Assembly: GCA_030141605.1 (NCBI GenBank) | Contig: JAQGDQ010000003.1 | Span: forward strand, 2,728,001-2,792,000 | Direction: 5' to 3' | Source: Tubiluchus corallicola | Lineage: Eukaryota; Animalia; Priapulida | DNA: 64,000 nucleotides | Shown here: piece after piece, positions 10,801-22,800 of the stretch | How positions within the stretch are numbered: position 1 is the stretch's first letter | Layout: each line of letters starts with the position of its first letter | Position numbers and translations under genes: made by a program | The notes under the pieces: model-generated | The model's input: only the letters and a program-made list of their open reading frames with translations | Databases searched by the model: none | Told to the model about the DNA's origin: nothing

Positions 10801-13800
10801 GTTTTGACATCAAGTGTGATTACAGTTGTGCCTTACATACATATAATCTGTTACACTTCTGATTTAATTAAATTTGAATCTTGTTGAATAATCACTCCTT
10901 CAAGCTCTTTTACTTAGTGTTAGTAGGATTTGTTATGGCATATTGTGTAAATCGAAGCAAGAATTTCTCATAATTTGGCATTTGCTGTACTCGCATGTCT
11001 TAGCCTTTAGATGTTATATAACATAATTTACTTTTTTGTACGTGCATATTTTACAAATTTGTTGAAAAATTGCAGTTATACCTGTTGCTTGCATATAAAT
11101 GTTGCTGAGACCTGTTTATTGTAAACTAAACTTTGATTTGCTTCATGAAATAAATGAGTAAAACTTATAATTTAACAAAAAAAACAAGTATTTTCCAAAC
11201 CTTATTTTACAACGTTGTCTGGAAATTTGGTAGTATACAACATGAACATGTTATACCAGCATATCATTTTAGGGATGTAGAATTTGTGGATTGTGAGCTA
11301 TGTCAGTTAAAAACTATGTTGACTATGTTTGAATGTAGAAGCAGGCCATCAGCCTAAGGTGGTAAACTCAATTGGGAAATAAATGCTAAACAGAATAAAT
11401 TCAGATATCCCGTAGCTAGTTTTCTATGTCCATAGAGATTCAGTTTTGTTGCGTTCTGTAAGTTGACACTATATTCACAACTTGACTGAGTCAGTATGGC
11501 AACAGCTTGTGCATAGATCAGGCAAAAGTCTGTTCTCCTACCTGCAGTCTTGTAATCCTGAGATTTCATACATGATATGGCTACAAGAACTTGAGCACAT
11601 TCTGTAGTAGTAAATGCTTGTAGTAGCAAATGATAAACAATAAGTGTGTTTGATTAATCAAGAAATTTGCTGGATTCTGGTAATAAAAATCATAAAGCAT
11701 AAAATTTGTTACTTGTAACTTCACAAGTCTTATGTTTGAATATGTTTGGTGGGTCATCATTGCAATTAAATGTTATATATGAACATCCATTTTCTTTTGA
11801 TGAGTGTTGTGGCATTGCATTACATTTAGTCCATGTTTTATTGTACTACATCTATACTAAAATTGTGAAATCACATAATTAATATTAAACAGTTTTTGTA
11901 CATGTACTTGAAAAATATTAGGTCTATTTTAGTCTTAATTTTCATGAAATCCAAAAAATTTTCATAATTGCTTTTTTATTATGAGCAGTAATCAATAATA
12001 ATTTTATTAGCAGACGTTTTAAAAATTCTGGAATGGCATGTTTTTCGAACGTACCATGGATGATAATATTAATAAAGGCAGTATTGACAAGTACGTAAAT
12101 GGAATTGGGTGAGGTTTTTGCAGGGTCAACATTTCCAGACAGAAGTAAAATTAAACTTTGCCATAACAACTAAGTCCCTGTTAACATGTATCTTGGTTGC
12201 ATACATTGTGGCACGTGCCTTTGTTGAACTTGTACGTATTTACCATATGTACTTTAGGTTATATGTTTAACATTTTTTGGTCTTTGGCATTGCTGACAGG
12301 CAATGATACCTGTCTATGGCAGGAAGGTAATTATCATCTATTGGTTGTCAAGGCTTATAATTCCTGTAATCACACATCTACAATAATCACAGTTCATTAC
12401 ATGTTGTCACATGTCATAATGTATGCTGTTCTGCTTGACAAATTCCACTTTGACTCAGTTCTTAAAGGGTAATACCAGAAGCCTAGAATATGCAGCTGTG
12501 ATGAAGAACTCCTCTAGTGTCTATGACAAATTTGATGACTACAAGTCCGGCTTGTATATTTAATTCATCTGTGCACGAATAACTTTTGTACATTGATTTC
12601 TGACTTTATTATGCATGCCACACATACTGCCATTTGACCATTCCTTATAACCTGGATAAGTGCCATCCAGCAAGATAGTTAGAGCATCTGCCAAATGGGA
12701 ATCCATGCCTTTGGAAATTTTAGTTATTCTGACAAAGTTCTATAATTGTTTGTTTTTAATTGAGGATGTGATACACACATGATTGTAATTCAGTTAGTGG
12801 AAGCTATTATCAAAGTCAGATGCTTTATGAGAAGTCTAAAAATCTTGCCAACTGAGTTGAATGTCCATTCAAATCTGGCCAGTATTTGGCTAGAATTGAA
12901 TGACGATGTCACTTTTAGATCTGCTTCTGTCTTGTTAGCACTTAATAAAGTTGTGCCAGTAAACTTAATGGAGCATTAGGATATGTCTGATGGAAGCTGG
13001 TCACCTGGCAAATTTAAATTGTCAACAAAGGTACTGTTGCCATGGTACATTTACCAATTGGCACTGTGTTTTATCAACCTCATTTCAGTTTTTTTAGATG
13101 GTGTCGCTTGTTTTTCCCTGTTTTAAGTATGTTAGGATGACTTGAATTCATGGTATGTCTACTCTCAAAAGCTTAATTGCTACTGTAATAATATGATATA
13201 ATAATGCAAATTTGCCAACTATTTTTATTGTTTTTTTATTCTATGTTTTGTGATCGGCTTGTATTTTTCTATGTTAAATGCAACATTAGTGATCAGTCAC
13301 TGACCATGGCCAGTTCTTGGCTGAAAAATTGAAGGAACGCCTATCAGGGTTTTTTGATTTAGTAAATGGATGAGTGACCACCGAAAAAACTGCTTCTAGG
13401 TTGTTTCACCTGCCATAGCCAGCAGCCAGCTATTTCACCCTTGAGGAAGGATGTATATGTATGCTTTCAAACATGGCAGGACAACTCTCACTTTACCCTC
13501 TCATGACTCCCATCGCTAGTGATCTTTCTTGAACGCCTTGCTGTTGATTGTTGCATTTCGGTTTGCGGAATATTGAATTACAATATGTATTGTGTTTTTT
13601 ACCCTGTGTTATTGTCCTTGTCTTAGTGTCACTGACTTATTTGTGTGCAGAGAAAGAATATTGATAGTCAATAAATTATGAGGCAGTCTTGCAATATTGT
13701 TTTGTTTTAAACCTAATTACCAGATAAACCCCACGTGTTTGTCATGCAGCATTCCGTTGCGTAACATTCGTTTCATAATTACGTATATAATTTACTGTAA

Positions 13801-16800
13801 TAATTCCTTATATTGTGCACTTGATGGTGAAAAAGATGGTAAATTCTTACATACTGATGAATTTCTGTGAAACTTTTTTATAAAAACTGCTACTGTAAAA
13901 ATGTTATGTGGTATATACAGTACTGTAGAAAATTTATTTTTAGTAGCGGATCTAATTGATATTCATTATTTAAACTTGTATTATGGACATTGACCTATTT
14001 GCACTTGGTGGTGTGCTTTGTATGTATATTGAAAGTTGAGTAATATTTGCCTAGGAATGTGTTTGGGTGTCCAAGGTTAGTGATGTTAAAAGTGTTCGGG
14101 ATTTGTGTGCGCAGTATTGCATTGCAAAAGCTTGTCGAAGAAGTTGGTGATTCTTTTTAGTTGTGGTATAACTTCACATAGGTGATGCATCTTAAAATTT
14201 TTAATGGGTGATATTAGGATATAGGCCTAAATTTTTATTTGTGATGTCAATCTGCCACCATTAACTTGAAGCATGCCTTACTGTTAAATCATGTCAGAAA
14301 ATCTCTGTTGATTTGCTCTTGATTTCAACAGTATCTTGAGTGACCTGTCGTTTTGCGAATGAGATGTATTTGTTTTTCAGGAGTGTCTTGTTGTGATGGA
14401 GAATTTGATTTGATAATTTTCTGTTAATTATAAAAACAAAAAATTTTTGATACCAAATTATATATTCATAAATTACTTTATATTTAATTATTAACGCAAG
14501 TTTATAATGTTTACTACTTGAGCGTTCGGCTGAAATTAATAAGCTAGGTAGAGTTAAATAATTTACAGTAGTTTTTTGCGTACGGCTGTAGCAATTGGTG
14601 TAATTGTAGCAAAGCTTTCATACTATGTATTTTCCATTTTCACATAATGCTGGCACACGTTATCGCATTTTTTCCTTTGTTGTTAACTGCCAAAGTGTCA
14701 TTTTTGCAAATATCGTTATCAAGTTATTGGTAGTTTGAAAATTAACTTCATTTAGTTAGTCTATTCACGGTTGATGAAATGCCCACAAGCTGATTTTTGA
14801 GGTGTGTTCTTCATTTGGGCTCGATTTTACAGAAGCGTCTTTACCATAAGTGCATTAAAACTCGATTCTTTTGTTAATAACTATTAAAACGGCACTTTAT
14901 CAGAGCGCTTGCTGAAATTTACGACTTTTTGGTGGCGTGCTAAAAAGTCGTTGTCAAAACATCGATCTGTTTTTGTGTCAAGGTTTTCTTGTTTCCTACG
15001 TGACTTCCTTTAATTTTAGGACTTTTATGTCATCCCGGCTTTTCCCTCTGTTTCACGAAATTCACTGTTTTGGTTCTTGCTGACATAGCCTATGTATTTT
15101 TCTGGTGTTTGGTGTTACACTGTGTTCGTTTGTTCGTGGTATTTTGTTTGTCAAACCACTTTATTGTTGGTGGAACGAGAGCTTTATTATTGAACTATCA
15201 GTCCTTTGTGGGCTCTCAACCTTACTGGAATTTATGGAATTCTGCAAGGCTGTTGGAAGATTAGTTAATGCTGCTTAGCAATGGTATTGGACTACTGGGT
15301 GGAATATGTTACCAGTTTTGCGAGGGTCACGAAAATATCAGTCTGCGTGATCAATGAAACCTATCCAAGATCAGCTGATGTGTGAGATTACAGGGCATCA
15401 ATTTATTTTGCTCCATTTTACTATAAATTAAAACACAATGAAATAGCTGTAAATTTTTATAGTGCGTATAATGGGAATGCTTGTGAGTGTTTCTAGACGA
15501 ATAACGCGTTTGTTGTCTGTTGCTTCTCGTGCTATATATACAAAAACTGCTGTGTACAAACTGTGAATTAAACACTGTGCATATCTGTCTTGCTACCTGG
15601 TGGGCTATAATTACAAAAGCTTCCGTTTCACTATCTCAATTATAGTTATTTGTTCCACCACAACATCGAATTTTTGAGCAGCTTGCTTGGCATGGAGAGG
15701 AATGAACGCCTTAATATAATGCTATATTGTGTAATGTACAGTGGATACGCTTGTACATTATAATACAATGGGCTTGATAAAAGGTGTGCATGTAGTTTCT
15801 AGTTACAACCTGGTATTCAAGTATTTTTGAAATGTGGTTAGTGATTTTTTTTAACTTTCAAGCTCTTAAGAAAAGTTCGCTTTCATATCATTTCAATTAC
15901 TTAGGACAAGTCCAGTTTAATAGCATTAATTACTCCAGAAAACATAATTTAATGCCTTTCATTTCCTTTTTAAAAACAGAAGCCGGAATCTCGTGTCATT
16001 TACCATTGAGTTACTCAGGAGAAGCCCAGTTTCAACTTCTAAACTAAGCACATGTTTTCATTCATCGAGCAGCTAATCGTGCTGTACTCTTGTTGCGTCG
16101 GAAATTTTTCATCTGAATGGTTTTTACTCCCCGTCGATAAAGATTAGGTACAGCAGAGCATGAGTGCTGAGTTTCTAGACTTTGTGTGCGTTCAATTAAA
16201 ATTTGTCTCGCTTCACACACAGCTAGAAAATCCAATAGAATATTAGAAGAATAATTGCAGCCAATGGTTTCCCAGTTTCCCCACGGGTTTAGGAACTGAA
16301 TTTACTAAACTTGGAAAGTTCTCAAATCTTACGGCATAGCTATGTATTGCAACATTGCCATTAGTTTTCGTCAGTTTGCTGCAGAGTTGTTATACATTTC
16401 AGCAGAATGTTATACTTTGTAATGGAGTCGCATCTGTCTAATTAACACCTATTATTAATCATCCTCTGTACTTGTATTATATATTCATTATCACAAAGCG
16501 TTGGCAGGGGTCGTGGTTTATGCCTTTGCCAATCCTTTATCTGGCTGATGCTTGACATTGACCTTGAAAATTGAAATTTCTTAGCACTGCTAATTCACGT
16601 TAAATAATTTGATGGTTGCACACATTGTGCTAGCTTATTAATTTAGTGCAACTTCACCTTTAAGATTTTTATATTCCTCATCAAGAAGCTGGTGAACTTA
16701 TTTTTGAACTATGAATTAATTTTCGACCAAATTTTTTATAATGTAGCACTTGGGCATATTAAGTTGAAAAATTTATAACCTAGTGACAGGGTCAAGACTC

Positions 16801-19800
16801 AAGTTCACACAAAAAAATTACAAGAGCAATTTATTTCCTGTGGTTTTGAACATCTTGAATTTGCATTTTTGAAGATGAAGAAGAAGGGAAGGAAGAAAGG
16901 ATTTAAAAGGAAAACTTGAAAACCTTGAAGTTCTGATTGCCATTTTGAGGAGCATTATGATGCTTGGTTATTAAAATGATGACTTCAGAAAAGAGATACC
17001 GTCGGAATTTTAGATGTCGAAGATTATCTAAGGCCAGTGTGATTCAATTAAAAATATAGTCTTTGCTTTCTGTGCGACATGCCAATCTTTAAAGTACGGC
17101 AATAAACACCAAGGATATAAGCAACAAGATAATATGAGGAACGAACCTCTATTCATAGTAGATCGAAGGTCGGCGTCACTGAAATATCATGCTAAACTTG
17201 ATAACCAAATTTTGCGTGGTACAGTATAGCTGTGGTTTGACAGTCTTATTTTCTTGATTAATCAGTGACTTAGAAAGATGGTTATGGCATGTAACAGATA
17301 TGTAATTGTTCCATTTGTGAGTGTCATACCAAAGTGTTTTGCATTTTGTTTTCAAGGCCACAGGGGTTAAGCATTAATGGTGGAAAGTTCATGAAGATTA
17401 ATAAGGTTTTACATTTGATCATTGTGAGTGTGATCATTGTTCACTGTCTAGAGATTTTGCATTGTCTCTAAAGTAGCATCCAGGCCAATCTGTCAAACCC
17501 AACACTTGATTAGAACTAGAAGGAAAGACGGTCAATTTTGCTCACTTGACCTCGCTTTAAAATCAGCTTTTCTATCAGGGTCCCTATATTTCAAGAAGAA
17601 TAGATTGGCTTAACAAATTTTTTCGCCCATATCTATTTTAGTGGCATAAGGAACAACAAAAAATTTTGTTTCTGATTGGTAGCATGGTAGCATCAAGACT
17701 TGTTACAAATTATTGTCCAGATAGTGAATTCTGAGTTGTCACCAATGATCACTGTTAATAACGACCTTGGCTGCTAGTGGTAGTATCAATGTAAATGATA
17801 ATATGATATTTTACAATACTTGCTTTGAAACAACACAAATTTAATAGATCTACACAATACACATTTTCTTTGGAAATCTTAATGTAACTAGTTAGTCAAA
17901 ATTTGAATTACTTTCTACATGTAGATCTTGGTGATAGCTCAGGGGCAAATGTAATTCCTAAACCTGTCGCAGGAGCTCGAGAAAGTATTAGTCCTGAAAA
18001 GTCTAGTCTAACTTCTAAAGAAGCCTCACCGAGGGATAAATGTACACCAGAGGGCGATCAAGGAGAATCTGATGCACTGAAGATGTCTGCACAATCAGGT
18101 AGAGGTAAAAGTGAGTAGATGCACACTACTAATACATAACAGCCTTTTTAGATGTGCATGTGTGTGATGTACACTATTTGTGACTATTCGATATTACATT
18201 CAAATCTGCCTAACCAAGCTATGATTATCTTTAATGTCCTGCTAAATTATAACAAATCTCTCATGCATTTCTGCACATGTGTTTAGCAATGTCACTCAGC
18301 TTTCACTTTACTCATAGCGGTTTTTCTTCATGAGTTGACTATAATGTAGCTAGGGTTCCACAAACTTGTTTTCATGTAATGATTGAAATGTAATACAATA
18401 AACTTCATTCTTTGCAGTTACGTATTATTTGCTATAGACACACTATATCAGATTCTTTTTTGCATGCTAGGTCTACATTCCATTTCATGTATTTATTCTT
18501 TGAACTAGGCATACAGTGCACCCTTTCAGATTTTCTGTTAGTGGCTTTTAACCACTGAAATTTGCAACTTCTGCCAACTAATTCATTAGTCTGTTGTTGT
18601 AGCTGTGAGCCATAATAAAAGCAACCATTTTCAGTGTGCCCTCCAAGCACTAGCTTATTGATTGAACATTAGCAATTGCCCCCTTTATATTTGCAGTAAT
18701 TGGGACTTTACACTGTGCAAACTCAGGCATTAGTGTATGCATGCTGAAATTTTTGATTGAAATAAGGCGTAAATCACCGCATAATTCACGAGTTGAAAAA
18801 TTAAGTATTCTCTCTGAGTTCACACCCCTCATTTAAATAAATGACTTATGACTTTACTATATTTTAGATGTTATGGCTTACACATTTAAACAGAACACAA
18901 TAATTGACTGTTGTATGTAAACAATTATTTTAAATTTTCTGGTATTTGCTAAAATAGTAATTGGGTTGTTTAATGCATCATGTAAAGTACAACAGTACAG
19001 AATTTTTATATGTAAATAACTATAATTTTTCATTAGCTGTGTACATCTGTTTTTCTTTACATACATTTTTTGTGTTGCTTTATTAGATGCAGTATCTCCA
19101 TCATCTCATAAAGAGAAAGAGGAGAGAGTAAAACAACTAAGAGAGAAGCGACTATTGGAACGACGTGCCAAGTTAGAAGAGTTGAAGAGGGCCCAAGAAC
19201 AGCATCGCTTGCACCTTAAACAGCAAGAGGTTTTAGCATTTATCCTGCTATCATTTTATGAATGAGTCATAAATTTATTATATTTTATAGACTTTATTAT
19301 AATCTCACAACAAAAACCTTTTATGTTAACACGTCTACAAACTCGCAATAGAAATCTATTCATATTACATATAAATTTGCAATAAAAACTTGCCCATAAT
19401 AAATTCAAAATTGTAAGCCTGGGGCACTTATTTACCACCGAATTTATTAAATATTTGTTGCTGACCTAACAATCAACTTTATTTGCTTATGTTAAAACTA
19501 TGTGTATTTGAAAAGGCAGTGGGCTACCCATTATGCTACATGCACTTATTATGCAGTGACGTTTGTTGGATGGTTTAGTGCTTCTGTTTAAGATAGTCCA
19601 ACTGGAGTGTAATTTAGGTAATACAGGTGATACACTATTGTTTAGATTCTGTCTGTATCTTTTGTTTCTTATGATAATAGATCAGTCCATTTTATTTTCA
19701 TCTCTCCACTTATTTGCTATATGGAAATAAAACAATTTTATTTGATTGGCTATAGACCAGGGACTAGAACTAAACGTATGATTTTTGGCACAGTAATCAC

Positions 19801-22800
19801 AGAATGTTTATTGAAGTATTGCATGTGTAATTGCTTGATACAGTTGTACAATAATCAGCTAAATCTAAGTAATGAGGCTAAATTTCTGTAACTTTAGCTT
19901 ATCACAAAGTACATACACATTGAAAGTTTCTAATACCTGTTATAGGAAGCAAGAAGGAAAAAAATTGAAGAAATGAAGATAAGAGATGAACAGAGACGAA
20001 AAGAAGTTGAAGAAAGGCGAAACAAGGTCCTACAAGCAGAAATGGTAACGGACAATTACTGACAATCTCATTTTATTTTTTTGTGTGCCAACAAAATAGT
20101 TGGATAGTAGGTACTTGCATTAAGGTCCACATTTAGAGTGAAATATAAATACAGGTCAAGAAAGATAGAAGTCTAACAAATATATTGATTGATATTATCT
20201 GTTGATTGATGTTCGTTTTGAAGCAAATGTGGTTCTAGTTGATAGGAAAATGTTTTTCTGAAAAATGTTTTTCTGACAAAGCTTTTGAAGATAAGAGATC
20301 CGCAAAAAAAACAAGTTATAGGCAGCTAGCTTATATCTAGAAATGTTAGGAGTAAAATATGAGAAGTAGGCCAAAAATGAGTACTTTGTATTTAGTAATT
20401 ATTGAAAACATTATCCTGAGAGTATCTTCTCTAAAAGTAGCACCTATGCTTAATGTAGTAACTGGCCTTCGATGGTAAGAGACTGCAGAGCGAATCAAAT
20501 GAGACTGATTGAAATGCGATTTTGCACCTTTCAAGTGCATTAACGTAACAGGCTGAAATCCCACCTCAGTTATAAATGGAATATATACTCTATTAAAGCT
20601 AGTTTTTTAAAAATAACATACAGCATCGAAAATTGGGTTTTTCGCGCATGTGTTAGGCATTTCACGTATTATACTTTTATCGATACATGCTTTTAACGAA
20701 AGTCAGATTTCATATTTACGGTTACATTTCTGCATGTTTCAGGAAAGGCTTGCTTCTATAATGAAGAAAAATGCAGAACGCGAGTCCAAGATTAACGAAA
20801 CTCGCCGAAGTGCTCAGCCAAAAGTAGCTTTCGGCAGCACGCTGCCAAGAATGCCAGATGAAAGAAGCCGATCCAGAGGACGACGCAACTCATGGGAGTT
20901 TCCATTAACTTGTACGTATTTTATTGATAACAACTGCAGTATGGTAATATTGTGACGCCTCCAGTACATTGATATCGATAACATCTACAATGGACTGATA
21001 TTGTAACATCTACAATAGTGAAAATGCGAGTGTTCTCTTGCATGGTTATTTTGCTATTATATCTTGGTTTTTCGTTCATGTGATTTTGGGCTGCCATTCT
21101 ACAGGAGATAAGAAATCATAATATTTATCTGCTTCCTTGCACACTTACCCTCTGTCACATATTTTTCTTTTTATCTTTTTGGTTCTCAATTTCATTTTAA
21201 TTTTGAAATGGCAAGACTTTGTTTAATAAAAGTACCGCTAAGAACTATTTGTAGTTGAAACTTGTAAGAGCAGAAAAATTTAAACATAAGCTGAGCCAAT
21301 TCCACTTGCTCACATTGAAGATTATTGCTTTGACAATGATTGATTTTATGAAGGTACCCACGCCGGTTGCATAGAGGAATATATAAACCAGAAGAAACGT
21401 GCACAGTCTTGTGTGCCATTTGTACGCACACCACGGCTTGCCACATCAATGACATCATCCATGACGTCACATAGACAAGGTTGATCAGCTGGTTTAATAA
21501 CTGTGTGCACCAGTTCTACCAGCAATTCCGCCCTTTAAAATTTCTTGCCAACAGCAGACTAATTGTGGATTTTTATCAGCGTCTCGCTGTAGTTTTAAAG
21601 GCGTAATTGAGTGTAGTTGAACTGGTGTGTTTTGGTTTTGATGCTTTCTTGTGCTGTTAGCTTGATTCTTTGCCAAGCACCTTTTTTCATGTTTTCTGTC
21701 ACTGCCCTAGCTTCGTTTATGTGTGAATTTTATTTCTTTTCGCATGCCTTTCAAGCACGTGACTCGTAGTTAAGTTTTAGGTTTGCTTACCTGTCCATAA
21801 CTGAAAATCCAAGACCAAGAAACATAAATACATACTTATTTAGCACCACAGTTGTTAGCTTATGAATCCAGCTGCATAAAGCAGAGCAATACTTCTTAAC
21901 CAGAGTGAATATAACAGTGATAATTATTTGACTATTGAGTGACTGTTTGGTGAGAAATTCCAATCCCTTATTGTTATCATAAAGCAGCACAGTACTTCTT
22001 AACCGGAGTGAATATAACAATGATAATTATTCGATTATTGAGTGACTGTGTGGTGACAAATTCCAATCCCTTGTTTGTTATCTTACACTTGTAAATAAGT
22101 TAGGCTAATTTTTCTGAATATGTTACTGCCCTGAGTATAGCCAGTAAGCGTATTCACTTTTAGCATATTTGACATTCTTAGCACTCTGTTAGATGCTAAC
22201 AATGAAGCATTCTGCAACTTCTGTACTTTTGATAATATCATTTTTCTTGTAGGCTTACGGTAAGTAATTTATGAAATAAATCTTGGCAAAGTAAATATGA
22301 ACAAACTGGACAATGGATTGCACTTTACCTCTGGGCCTTGGTAAATGCGAACTGTACTTTTCATTAGTAAAAAAGTAGTTAGACAAAATTTGATAAGCAT
22401 TGTTCCACAAATGGTGACTTCCACAATAATATTTTACAAAAAAATAAAAAAAGTATGCAGTTTACTTACTTTGATGCAATCTGGCTGAAATGAATGAAGA
22501 AATTCTTGTTATTTTTTTTTGTCATTAAATTTCTGTGATTTTCTGCAAACCAGCCCCGACAATGGAAACAGGTGACACATTAACTTTCTATCTTTATTGT
22601 CGTAATTTTTTTTGTAATTATAGTTGCTCGATTTAGCATAGTTTAGACTCTTAGTTGCTTTTATTGTATAGTTTTAATTTCCTGCTTGCTATGTGATAAC
22701 ACTTATGAATCATAATTACATAATTTTGATCACCAACCCAGAGTTAAGCTTACTTATTAAAATTTCTCACTTTCGCTTAATGTAGTTTAGCTAGATATGA

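Noticed and set aside
13850-13895. Hammerhead-like CTGATGA...GAAAC
   Set aside because: Stem III closes with a C-C mismatch, the cleavage triplet is not NUH and stem I does not pair.
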